DNA of 63,288 nucleotides, the filler included, from Reticulomyxa filosa (taxonomy: Eukaryota > Protista > Foraminifera): the NCBI GenBank assembly GCA_000512085.1. It is 10 parts of 10 records of this genome, joined end to end, with 100 filler letters (N's around TTAATTAATTAA, not from the genome) between each part and the next. Parts side by side here need not be neighbours in the genome. Positions count along the whole stretch, not along the records: positions 1 to 27,216 come from ASPP01003200.1; 9 more parts are not named here. One strand, 5' to 3'. A program made the position numbers and the translations under genes. This document shows positions 1 to 11,804 of this stretch, one piece after another. Under the pieces are notes generated by a model. It made no database searches. It was not told the DNA's origin and saw only the letters and a list, made by a program, of their open reading frames with translations. Numbering within the stretch: the first letter of the stretch is position 1; each line of letters begins with the position of its first letter.

Positions 1-231
1 GAAGGAGGAGACCTTCCTGATAGAATGTCTGCTGTACCAAGATTTACGTCGCAGTTGGTGGACAAATATTCAGACATTGCTTCCAGATATCAATGTATTG
101 TCCCTGTCGACGAAATATTTCATTATTGGAGACCGAACATGGAAACCTGTTGTCAATACAGCATCGAAGCTCTTTTTGATACCAGAGAAAGATTTGAATC
201 AATTTTCAAGTTTTTTTCAAGACAAATTTAA
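1..231 (+). CDS. 3' end of an unidentified gene (partial)
   Basis: Frame is open from the window start to TAA at 229-231 and is followed by an AT-rich UTR-like tract. No motif recognised. Confidence 0.3.
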   Translation, partial: EGGDLPDRMSAVPRFTSQLVDKYSDIASRYQCIVPVDEIFHYWRPNMETCCQYSIEALFDTRERFESIFKFFSRQI

Positions 232-429
232 ATTTAAATGGAATGACTTAATGTTTTTCTTTTAATTATTTTTGTGTGGACCTTTTTGTTGTTGTAAGAG
301 TTTGTGAGATTCTTTCTTTTGTTTTTTGTTTTTTTTGAGTACTGTGTTCTATTTCTTAGAACGAGGTGCCCTTTTAACTTAAAACACCTGAGTTTGTGCA
401 AGTAGAGAATGCAAAAATGAATTGCGAAT

Positions 430-1560
430 TGATGATGAAGCGAGATAGTAGTCCGACACTTACTGCAACCATCTAAAAAAAAATTCAGTGAATATCCAAT
501 CTAAATATCATTGTCTCTTGACAACATCTTCAGTCTTGGATAGAAGCACCTTGACAATTGGCATCTTATGGAATTGTTTTACTTTTTGTATTCGATGTCC
601 ATAATCTCCCAATGTCTCATTAATTTCACAATCAGTTTTGCGGTTGATACACATCGGAGCAGGACATATTTATTCACTTCAGATTGGTCACTGCTTCAGC
701 AGCGAATGTCTTACATAAATGTCACATTTTGGCTTCCTTACAATTTGTTTACCATCTTGATCTTCTTTTTTTTCGATTTGTCCATTCTTGGCATCATTGA
801 AGTTATGAGCTAATTGAATTAGTTGCTTCTCATTGATATTAACTGCAAAATGAACAAATAATGTTCTGAAATTTCCAGAAAATATATGCTAATACTTTTT
901 TGGACAATGCATTCTTACTTTTCAATCCAATGAACTTAATCACCGACGTTACTGGTTTAAGTTCTTTGAACTTGATTGTAGTGACGATCGTTGGCGTATT
1001 GGTACACAAGAATTGTCGTCGAATTTGCATGTTTTTCTTCCATACATTTTCAAATGTGACTTCATTAATCTTCTTTTCTTCGTTGTGTTGCATACTTGAA
1101 CTATGCAATACAACTTGAAATGTCGAATATTGATACTATGCCTCTTCGTAGTTTCGTCCGTTAATACATCATCTGGCTTTTTTCGTTTTATGGCTATTCA
1201 TTTTGCGCCATTTATGTCGACATCCATATCATTGCTTGCCGTCTTTTTGGATTGTCGTAATTTGTTTATGGTATCGTGCATATCAATACCATATCCAATT
1301 CCATTTCCAACGCCACCATGCATGCCGGCATTTGATAGTTCGCTAGTTACAGACATGTCCTGAAATGTAGTTAACATGTTTGATTATATTCTTGATCCAA
1401 TTCCAAGTGTGTTATTTTGTCCCAACATAGCTTGCAGTATATCAGATTATGGTAAATACATCTTGCCTCGGCCGTTCTAATCGCTTTCACAAGCCTTGTT
1501 ATCAGATATTGGGTTTCAGTTTTATCCGATGTTCAGTAGAGGTTACCCGACCATCGGAGT
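430..1560 (-). pseudogene. Degenerate coding-like segment
   Basis: Protein-like stretches (e.g. GMHGGVGNGIGYGIDMHDTINKLRQSKK) broken by many stops and frameshifts. Family not recognised. Confidence 0.25.
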
Positions 1561-2057
1561 TCTGCAAAAACAAAAACTTAGTTGCTAAATTAAATTTTTT
1601 ATCTTTAATTGTGGTAATAATAATAATCATTTGTTAGCACATATGAATTATATTTTAGCTTTCTTGTTTGTCTTTAGCATATTATATAATGTAGTCTATT
1701 CATTTTTTTTCTTCTTGTTGATGTTTATATTTTTCGTAGCTTGTACAATAAATTACATTGTTATATATTTTTTATGATCGTCCAAGCCACTTTCTGGCCT
1801 TCTAGTTTTATTCCATTACTTTTTCAGCAATATCAGCTCAATTTAAATATTTATCTGATTTTGATATAAATGACATCGATTTTGAAGATTAATTTCGATA
1901 TCTTACATTAGAATATAAATGTATATATTAATTCAATGCATACCCTCAACAAAGATTTACTAGCTTATAACATGTTTGTAAACTTTGTTAACAAGTCCGA
2001 AGTAGACAGTTTTACTTTCAAAAAATTGAAAATTACTGAACTTCAAGATAAATAATC

Positions 2058-3267
2058 ATGTCAAAAGCTTCGCTCCTGTTTATCCTTAGCATATTATTTT
2101 TTGCTGGATCATTGATATACTATGTCAACCTCTATCAAGATTACAAAGGTAAGAAAGAAAAGAAAACGAAAGAAGAGCTTTCTTGAAATTGCAAAGCGTT
2201 GAATGTGCGCAGGAAGTGGAGAAAAGCGTACACCGTTGGGTGTGAATATGGTGCGTTATCACCTCAGCTTTTATCCCAATGATGTTGGAATAAATGACTG
2301 CTTGGCTGGGATGTTCTTGCCCTACTTTATACGTGTTGTGCACACACAACCGTATCTGCGCTGGTTATTTAGTGCCTTCATGTCAACGACTAAATGGCAA
2401 GAAGCAGCAATGGTGATGGCACCGCGCTGGCAATTTTTTGACGACCTACTAAAAAATTCAGTCGAAAAAGATGACATCAGACAAATTATTTTGCTAGGTG
2501 GTGGATATAGCACCCAAATTCTAAGGAATAGCAAACTATTGGAAAGAAACAAAGTCACAGTGTTTCACATTGATCTACCAAAGCTCACAGAGTCGTACAT
2601 ATCCACAGTCAATTCCTTTTTGTTGGGAATAAATAATGCATCAGAGTCATCTGACACTTTATCTGATATTTGTCCATTGGACAATATCAACATTCCAAAG
2701 ACTTCGCATGACATTGCAATTGAATATTGGAAAAATTATGTCAAATTTATTTCTGGTTTGTTTATTTTTCTTTTTTTCTTTTTTTTGACCAAACTATCTT
2801 CTTTTTGACTTAAAGGCGATCTGAACACTGACTGGGAGAGCAAAGTTGTTCCTGAATTGCTTGGTCTGGGATTGAATATTAACACTGAAAAAATACTCAT
2901 CATTTTTGAAGCGGTAGCACAATATCTCCAACCACAAGCCAATGAGAAAATTTTTGAATTTATTGCACAAAAATGCCCAAAAGGGTCTAAAATTGGCTGG
3001 ACCAGTTTTACTCGGGATAGTACCACTGGAAAAACTCGCGCTGATATTTTAAAAAACATTGGAGAGCCTGTGCTGTTTTCATTAGACTCCCAAACTCAAG
3101 TTGAAGAATGGCACAAAAGGTTTCGGTTATCTATCAAGGAATGCATTACCTCCGCAGACCTGATTATGCAAAGATTAAATAAGTATTTTTTGAAAAACCA
3201 TGAAAAAAAAATTGAATCACACACGAGATATATTATTGCCGAGAAGTTAGACATACCCACTGTATAG
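2058..3267 (+). CDS. SAM-dependent methyltransferase, leucine carboxyl methyltransferase (LCM)/ML2640-like family, with N-terminal hydrophobic anchor; 3 exons
   Basis: Exons 2058-2148, 2213-2755 and 2816-3267 join in frame via GT-AG introns. Motifs RWQFFDDLL, QIILLGGGYST and IIFEAVAQYL match LCM-family patterns. N-terminus MSKASLLFILSILFFAGSLIYY is hydrophobic. Confidence 0.8.
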
Positions 3268-3662
3268 CATAAGTATGTTTCGACCCCCTATTTTTTCTTC
3301 CTTGGAACAGCGCCAAAATTTTTTAATAATATAAAATTTTTTGGTCTCATTCTACTCCTGAAAAATATTTCACAATTCCAGTGCAAAAATATGTAAATTT
3401 GTATCTCTTTAAGATGAATTGTCTATCCAATGATTTTGATGCAAAACATTTATGTGTGAATGCACTGTCTGAACTTCAAATATGACAAAATTATTATATT
3501 CTGCCAAAAATTACATATTCCTTTTCTTGTAGAAAATTCACATATCCCAACGAATAAAATCGAAAAGGAAAAAAGCAAAAGAACCCACCGGAGAATGCAA
3601 AACAACAACAGAAAAAAAAACTACAAGCTCACGAACAGAAAGCTGTTATTACTTACAAACTT

Positions 3663-5853
3663 TCATGTCAATCCAAACAACTTTTTCCATCCTTTTTGTT
3701 TCGTACGTGCTCCGTTCAATCCTTTTTCTTCCAAGATCGATTTACTGCCACCAAACCCTGGCACAAGTCCACACGCATAAAAAGATTTATTTGAAAATAT
3801 TGTTTATATTTTTTGTTTCAAAACTCATTTGAATTTTTGCTGGCTCCGGGGGTCCTGACGCTGATGCTTCGTTCCCTTGTGGTGACTCGTCTCCATTGAA
3901 GAATGTTTTTTGTTGTTCAGACGAGTACGAACCTGACGCCTTACGATTATGTTGCATTGTGCTAGGATTATCATTGTTTCCATTTTTGGTCATGTTTGTT
4001 TTGGGGCCAGAAATTACTCGGGTATTTGGACTCAGCAAAATGGATCTTAAATTGTTTTGAGATGCATCTGCTTGCGATTCTAACCGGAAATGTTCAATGC
4101 CTGCTCGAGATTTTTCAATGATATCTTGCATACGCATCATGGAGACTTGTCGTTGTTTTTCCACAAACTTTTGAGAAAACTGACCGATTGGACAGCAACA
4201 ACCAACAGCGAAGAATAGATAATTATGTACGTGTATATATAATGATGAAAAAAAGGAAGAACGTCAGTATTTTAAAAAAAACAATGGCTTGAATAGAATA
4301 GACCTACCTTATAATCATCTTGGTTCAACGTCTGTCGTTTTACATGCTCAATATCCAACATTGGATCAATGTCATCATCACTATCTGTATCTTCTTTGTC
4401 TTCAGCCTTTTTTGGTAATGAGACATATACAAACAGTCAAATACAAAGTCATGTATATGTTGATCATAATATCCAAATGAGAGAAAGATATTCAAAACTA
4501 TGTGTTTGCGCTTCGATTGCATATTGTGAGCATCTCTCAAAAATTGGCTGCTTTTTGGAATTTCATCCAAATGCTTGAAGACCTCTGGTCTTACATACGC
4601 GTCTTCATCGTCGTCATTGTAGGCATGGACATTGGCTATCTGTCCTGGTGCTAATGCCAGATCGCCATTGTCGTCAAAAGACACATCCATCCTGTGAAAT
4701 CCACCGCCAATATGCGCACCATACTCAGTGTATGCCATAGGTTCATTGGGATCAATGGCAGTGTATGCTTCGAATCGCAACATCGATTTTTGTGCCAACG
4801 TATCTGTTTCAACAAACACCTTTCTGCCTGAGGGCCGGACAATATCGTTGTCGTGTTGATCGGGGGTATCGACGCTTTTGCTGTCTTCCCACGCTAACCG
4901 TGGTCTCGTCTCGTCTTCAGCAGGTGGAGTAACCGTTTCATCCTTTTCCATGGATTCGTTTTCATGCTCGCTTTCCGGTGGAGTGATGTCAGATGAATGT
5001 CTTTTTCTATTCAATACGAGTTTCTCTGGAATCATTTTTTTAACTTTTGTGGAAGAAATGCTCTGTTGCTATCATACCCCAAACATAAATGTTATTATTT
5101 GTCACGTTGTCCCTCGGTCCTTGGCTCAGTTATTTAACACACCTTCTTTTTTTTTGGCTCATAGGGTGGCACTATATCCATCGGCGGCGTTTCGGCAGGA
5201 GAAGGAGTTTGAGCTTGAGACTGGGGTGTCCCTGACGAATTCGAAGTCTGCTGCCGCAGGGAGCCTTTGTCCTTTTCCGAGTGTTTTGACGACTTTTTTT
5301 GTAAATTTCCAAATGCGATTTGATGTGACTTAAGCTCACGCGACTTATCCTCATCTTGCTGAAACAAATTTTCTTCTGCCATTGGTGCGATCACATCCTT
5401 TTTTTGTCATCAAACAAGTACAAAATATGCAAATTCACAAAAAACTGAACGCGCTATAAAAATTAAAAATTAACCGAAGGAGACTTTGTTTGTACCAACG
5501 ATGGAACGGAGGAAGGGCCATCTTGGCTATTTTGAGAAAGCACCTTTTGCAATGCGACTGTTTTGTTTTGTTGAGCTTGCAATTTTTGCGCCTTGCGCGT
5601 TTGTTCGAGATCTGGTTTTGCTGCAATCGTGTGTCTTTTTTGTTCTGCCATCTGGACGTTCAGATCATTGGCACTGTTAGCATCGACAGCCAAGGAAAAC
5701 CGCAGGCTGAGTTTTTGGTAAGCTGTTGCGTTTGTTGTCGTTGTTCAAGGGTGCCTGCAAATTACGAGTGCTACTTGTCTCGCCACCACTTTTGTTGGAA
5801 ATGGAGCCCCGGGATAACACGTTGGGACCATTTTGCACTGTCTTTTTAGCCAT
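3663..5853 (-). CDS. Hypothetical multi-exon hydrophilic, low-complexity protein
   Basis: Consecutive minus-strand ORFs separated by intron-like tracts. The last junction joins in frame to RFGGSKSILEEK...KKLFGLT* (stop 3663-3665). One apparent indel near 5700. Confidence 0.55.
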
Positions 5854-6174
5854 TTCTTCAAAGTTTTTAGGCATTAAATTTTTGTTTGGAGTGCTTAATG
5901 CCGAAGCTAAAAAGTATGATCTGTGAGGTTCGTCTAAAATTGTAAATAGCTTGAGCATCATTTGCACTCGCCAATCCTGTCCTTGTCCTGCTCCTTGAAC
6001 AGGCAGATAAGGCCATCTGTTCACACAAACACATATGCATGCTTGTGTTTTTCTCGAATTATTGCTATGTTTGTGTCTCGGTTGTTTTTTTTTTTTTTTT
6101 ACTCTCTTTTGTGTCACGTTTCAAACTTGAAAGATCTTTGTTTTTGGAATGTCAAATTGCTGTTTGTATCCGCG

Positions 6175-9100
6175 TCAATGTACGTCCATTTGAGTGATTG
6201 TTGGTCTCTGTTGATATCAATGGCATAAGTCAAATAAACACACGCACACATACACACACGTATATATGTATATAATGCTTTAGGCTCGTTTAAGTACTCA
6301 ATTATGTATGACAATAATAAAAGGACATTGCAGACTAAACAAAATGGCTCCGTGCTCTTCAAATAATTTGTCTAATTCATCGGCTCTATCTTTTACATAC
6401 AAAAAGTAGTCATCGACAGTTTCAATTCCATTGTCCTTCTTCTCTTTACTATCATTCAATGCGTAATCTAATAATCGCAACGTACGTTTCCAAAAGGCCG
6501 GCCAGTGACCCGAAGTTTCCATCCATTGCGCGAGCTCTTCCATGAATTTTTTCTCATTGGCATTAATTTCAGTGGTATCAAATGAGAATATCATAACGAT
6601 CAAATGAGCATTGTCATTGTCAAACAAATCCGGTAAAAAGGTAAACTCGTGCATTTCCAATACTCGCAATACAAAGTCTTTCGGACCACATGACAAATCC
6701 CGTTCAAATCTTTGAACGGACATTGCTGTTTTGCTCTGCTTGATTTGTTCGTCAGGCATCAAAAGATGAACAAACCTTCGACGCAATTTCCTGGAAGGCG
6801 ACAACACGACAATGTTCAAGGCTTTGTCTGGCTCGGCATTTATCCATGAAGTCTGTGTGTTTTCAGATTGTGGATCACGGTTTACAGTTTCACAGTTCAA
6901 AGTGTTGTCCAATACAAGACAAATAAGAAGACAAACAAACAAACAAAAACACTCCAATAACATCGTAGTCATAGTCTTGGGTCGGTGTGTCGGTCTGATC
7001 TTCTCCGTTGTCTTGGAGTTGCACAATGTCCGATATTTGGCTTTGTTTCGATTGATGTTTGCTTTCAATTGTATCGGGTGCGTTGATCTGTCCTATCGCT
7101 GCTGGTTCATTGCCATCATTTTCATCTTCATCCGTTTCATCATTTTCTAAAGCGTGTTCCAACGACGCGATTTTCATTTCCAGTTCTTTTCCAGCTAAAG
7201 ACATTTGGACAGTATGTTTTAATTGCACAATTGCCTGTCTTGCCTGCTCTCGTTTCTGTCTTAATTTGTCGTCCTCGCTTGCAAACTGTACTTGTCCATC
7301 TGTTATCTCCTCTGTCTTGTTTTCTTGTTTTGTGTCGTCGATCGACGCTGTTTTCATTTGCGAGTCTCTACTTTCGACTGACATGGCCACAGCTTGATCT
7401 GGCGCTTTGATTTTCTCTTCATGTTTAGCTTTTTCATTTTCGTTACTTATTTGCGTTGCTTTTTTTTTTTTAAAGTTATGAATATATTTATTTTTTTCAT
7501 CGTGCACATTTGTACCTGTATGTGTATCTCTTTGTAAATGGAACATGCACGTTAACTCGGCACCACTGGTTTTGGAGACACGCCCTCGACAGCATTGGAC
7601 ACGCCTGTGACGACAGATATGGATGCAAGAGGTGAGTTATTGGCAAGCGAATGAGGACGAGGCTCGTTGGGACTGCTTGTCGAAGCCGGTTTCATGATCG
7701 CACTTGCAGTGGAATATGCCATAACTAACTGTTGCATAAACACTGGGTCGTTGACTAAAGTCGGATCACGTTTAATTTTTTCTTGCAATATTTGGAGATG
7801 ATTGTTTGTCGTTGAAATATCAATTTGTTGTTGACTAGGAGAGCCGATTAAATCTGTTATTTTGCCAGAGGCACTGAAATAGGTCTGTTCCTCGTCCAAA
7901 GAGGATTGACTAACCATGGCCCTTCTCTATTCACAGCACACAGTCATCAAAGCTAATCTTTCATTCCAATTCCATTACTTTTTTTTTTTGATTGTCGATA
8001 AAAAAAAAAATATTGCAAATAGAAGAGAAACTTGTAATGATTTGATCATTTGTAACAATTTCTTGCGTGCCCCCAAAGTCTCAATTCCAAGCTGAACCAA
8101 GTCCTGTCCGTTTAAATCATCCAACATGTCACCACTAATTTGATTGCGATACAACACACTGGCCCAGTCTTGCCATTTTCCATTTTCTGCTTCGCTTAGC
8201 CAATAGTACACATCATCACTATCCCATGTACGATATTGATGAGGATCCAATGGACGCTTTTCACGTGTGGGACGACTTGGCCGCTCGCGAGGCGGTTCGT
8301 TGCTCTGCTTTTTGTCCTCTGCCTTTTTTTTTTTGAGAAATGGACAAAGAAAAAGAGGGGAGGGAAAAAAAGCTTTCATTTATTGGATTTATGTAAATAG
8401 CATTTGTAACTGGCGGAAGAGGCTGTTGTGATTCAAGATTAGTTTGTGAATTGGCTTGCTCGACTGCTCCCGTTGGCTTGTTGTTTGCGCTTGGCGTGTT
8501 TTTCGAGAAGAAACGGTTCCACAAGGAAGTCTTTTCCTTTTCTAACTGTTCTTCGATTATTGTTTGCTGTTGCTCTATTTGCTTTTGGTTCTCTGCTTTG
8601 GCTTCTTCCAATTGATGTTGCAACAGCTCCGTGTTTAAGTGACTCTGTCGTCGATCATTCGCACGTTGTTCGTTCAAAAGCGTATATTGTTGCTTCATTT
8701 GCTCAAACTCGCGTTGTTGGGTGGAAAGCAACGCCATTTGTTGTTGGTTGGTTTGTTCCAACGCCGCAATTCTTTGTATTTGATCTTCTTGTTGTTTTGA
8801 CATCACTGACAGTTCTTCACGTGCCGAATTTTGTTGTAATCTCGCCAAGAACAGTTCGTGCTCTTTTTCAATAAACTAAAAATACAAGTGTATGTACATA
8901 TATGTGTATACGTCTTTATATATTTATGTATGCATATATACATATGTATATGTATGTACATATATATTTTTTTTAATCAGTTGTTTGACAAAACAGTTCG
9001 AAGATGCTCTGAATTGTGATCGCAACGTTGGATAATTTCTTTTTTCACATCTCCAAGTTGAGAGTTGATTTCTTGTTCCAGTTCTGCCATTCTGTTTTGC

Positions 9101-11185
9101 AAATTTACAATTTGCTGCAGCACTTGGTTATACTGATCGCGTATATCCTGCGAGCTGTTATTTGTTTCTAATGCTCCCTTGGCCAACAAACACATTCAAA
9201 TGTGTTCGAGAGAAACGACAGCGATGGGCCTTTTTTAATACAAAGATGTGATGTATGAGATGGTCAAAAATTAACTTTCAAAGTTGTTGCCGACGTCATC
9301 AAATGTGTCAATTGTTGCGTGGCTTCCGCCTTGAGATGCAAGTATTCCTTCAAATGGTCAAATTTGTCGGCCAGCCAAGCTTGTACCTCTTTGATAATAG
9401 CCCAGTCTGTGTCACTCAGTCCGACCATCAATCTTTTACTTTCATTGTCATTATCGTTGTCATTGTCCTTGTCTTTGTCATTGTCATTGTCCTTGTCTTT
9501 GTCATTGGAAAGTACGGAGAGCACACTTGAGCGCGCTTGCAGTGAAGGATTAACGTCCGGGGAAAGATGTTGCTGTGCATTCGCAAGTTGTTTTTTCAAT
9601 TGATCCAATTCGGCTCGCAGCGATTGCACAACTTGTGGTAGATGACTTGTATCGTCGTTCTTTCGGATATTCAATTTCGGATCTACACGAATATTTTTCG
9701 CACGGTCAGCATATTTCAAAGAGTTGTGTGTTTCTTCCCATTGTATCGAAGATGGGGACAGATTCACAATCATGACCGCAAGGGAATTACCACCAAGTGC
9801 GTCTTGCAACATACGAGTTAACTTGCTGTCGCGATAAGGCACGAATTTTTCTGTTCATTGAAGACCAAAAAAAAAAATACTCCCTTTTCATCTTCGTGTG
9901 AGATTTACGTTATTTGGACATGTTTGTATTGCACATATGCGTATGGAACATAGAATTTTGAAGTAAGACGAAAGGGAGGGGAGACAGCCACGATATGCGT
10001 CTGTCATTCTAAACTGCCATCCACAAGTGCATTGATGCAATTTCCTAAAGCCAACAATGAGCGATTAATATTGGAACCCTCCCTTTGGTTTCCTTGATTG
10101 CTGGCCACAGTTCCCCTTTCAGATCCGGCCAAGTCGATCATATTTAATTTTCCGTTCATTATTTTATGACTTTGTTCGTCTGTTTTTGGCTTCGTTTCGA
10201 CATAAATTTGCAATATTGCATGGGAGCGAGAGGACGTTTCATTCATCAGTGTGGCTTCGGTAGTTCGTCGACGGTTCCCAACCTCTAATAATCGTATTAC
10301 TTCTTCTGATGTGCCAGCTGGAACTAGCTTTACTCCGGACACAACAACGCCCTTTTTTTTTTTTTTTTTTTTTGAGGAAAAAAAAGAAAATGCTCCACTT
10401 AAATGAGTAAAGTTTGAAAAAGGGGAAGGAGAAAAGCCAAGGGGGGGAAGAGGGAAAACTTTGGTTGGTGATTCTCGTAATTTCACGACAGCTCTTTCTT
10501 TGCTCATCAGATCCCGTATTTCTTCGTTGTAAATTTCCATAAATGCAATCAAAATATTAATTTCATAGTGAATCTTATTTTTGTTTGCTAAGTGGAACAG
10601 GTCTTTCAATGTACATACCATAATTCCTGGCTCATTTTTGTCGCCTACCATTGTATGGGTTTTCCCTGCTCCTGTTGCTCCATATGCAAATACTGTCGCA
10701 TTATACCCTTCCACAATTCTTCTCACTACGTTTCGAGATGTATTTTTGTATATTTCTTGCGTGCCCACTGTTTCGTCAAATGCATGGTCAAATGCAAATT
10801 TACGCTCTCTTTTTTTACGGCTTTTTTTTGTCGTTTTTTGTTACAGTTTTATATATTATTTTCATGTTAGCTCTTTTTTAAATATCCCTTCCCATTTTGT
10901 TTTATCAGGTGTTTTATTAATAAAACGTACTTCTTGCTTGGATCTGATAAAATCACGTACTTCTGCTCGACTACGCTTACCACGCTTTCATATCCTTTCT
11001 TTTTTTCGTGATCAAATAGTGGTCGAACTCTTATGGACACCTGTTCAAACACACAACCACAGGTCCGTGTTCTCATATGCTTGAACGCAAATAGTATGTT
11101 TACACACATTGAAGGTCTCTTTTTGCACGCCGAGCTCTTCTTCTGCTTTGGGCTCAGTTGGTTCATCTTCTTGAGCTTCGTCCAT
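6175..11185 (-). CDS. Kinesin-8 (KIF18/KIF19-like) motor + coiled coil + SAM domain + degenerate P-loop GTPase-like C-terminal domain; 12 exons
   Basis: Motor motifs [55 protein letters not shown] and [10 protein letters not shown]. All 11 GT-AG junctions checked by hand stay in frame through to the SAM domain ([11 protein letters not shown]...[13 protein letters not shown]) and on to a stop at 6175-6177. Confidence 0.85.
9442..9506 (-). repeat. Coding hexamer repeat encoding (ND/KD)n in the kinesin stalk
   Basis: ttgtca/ttgtcc/ttgtct tandem units translating as [21 protein letters not shown]. Confidence 0.85.
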
Positions 11186-11804
11186 AGAAAAGAGTCAGAA
11201 TGCTATATTTCTAAACCCCTTTCTCTAACTTCTCAAACTTCGCGGAACACAGAAACTTTGTTTGTTGAATCTGCTTGTAAGATATGTACTATACAATTTA
11301 AATTGCGGCTAACACGAAATATAGGTTTTTTTTAAACAAATGGCAAGTAACAAGAGATAGCTACAAACATTGTGGAAATATCTGTTTGGAGTCCTAAGCG
11401 CTCGGCCAGTGCTTTGTTTACACTTTGATGGATAATTGCTGAGCATTTTTGTGAATTTAAAGACCCAAAAGTAAAACAAATTAGGCTACTTGGCAAGTTA
11501 TTAGACTAGATGGCTAGTTGATTAGTAAATCAAGTAAAAACAATACAAGAAAATGCTACAACGAAAACATCAAACCAAACCACTAAGATACACTTCCTTT
11601 ACACACAAAAAAAGGAATCAAGGTCACAAAATAATTTTTCATTTTATAATAAAACGAAAAAAAAAAATAAATAAAACAAAATAATAAGAAAAAAACATAA
11701 AAACCGTAGCTATACATATACACCAACACTACAAAAGTCAATACAATGTCTACACATTTTGGCATCTCCAAACAAATTACACCTACCTTGATGGTTCAAG
11801 TTAA

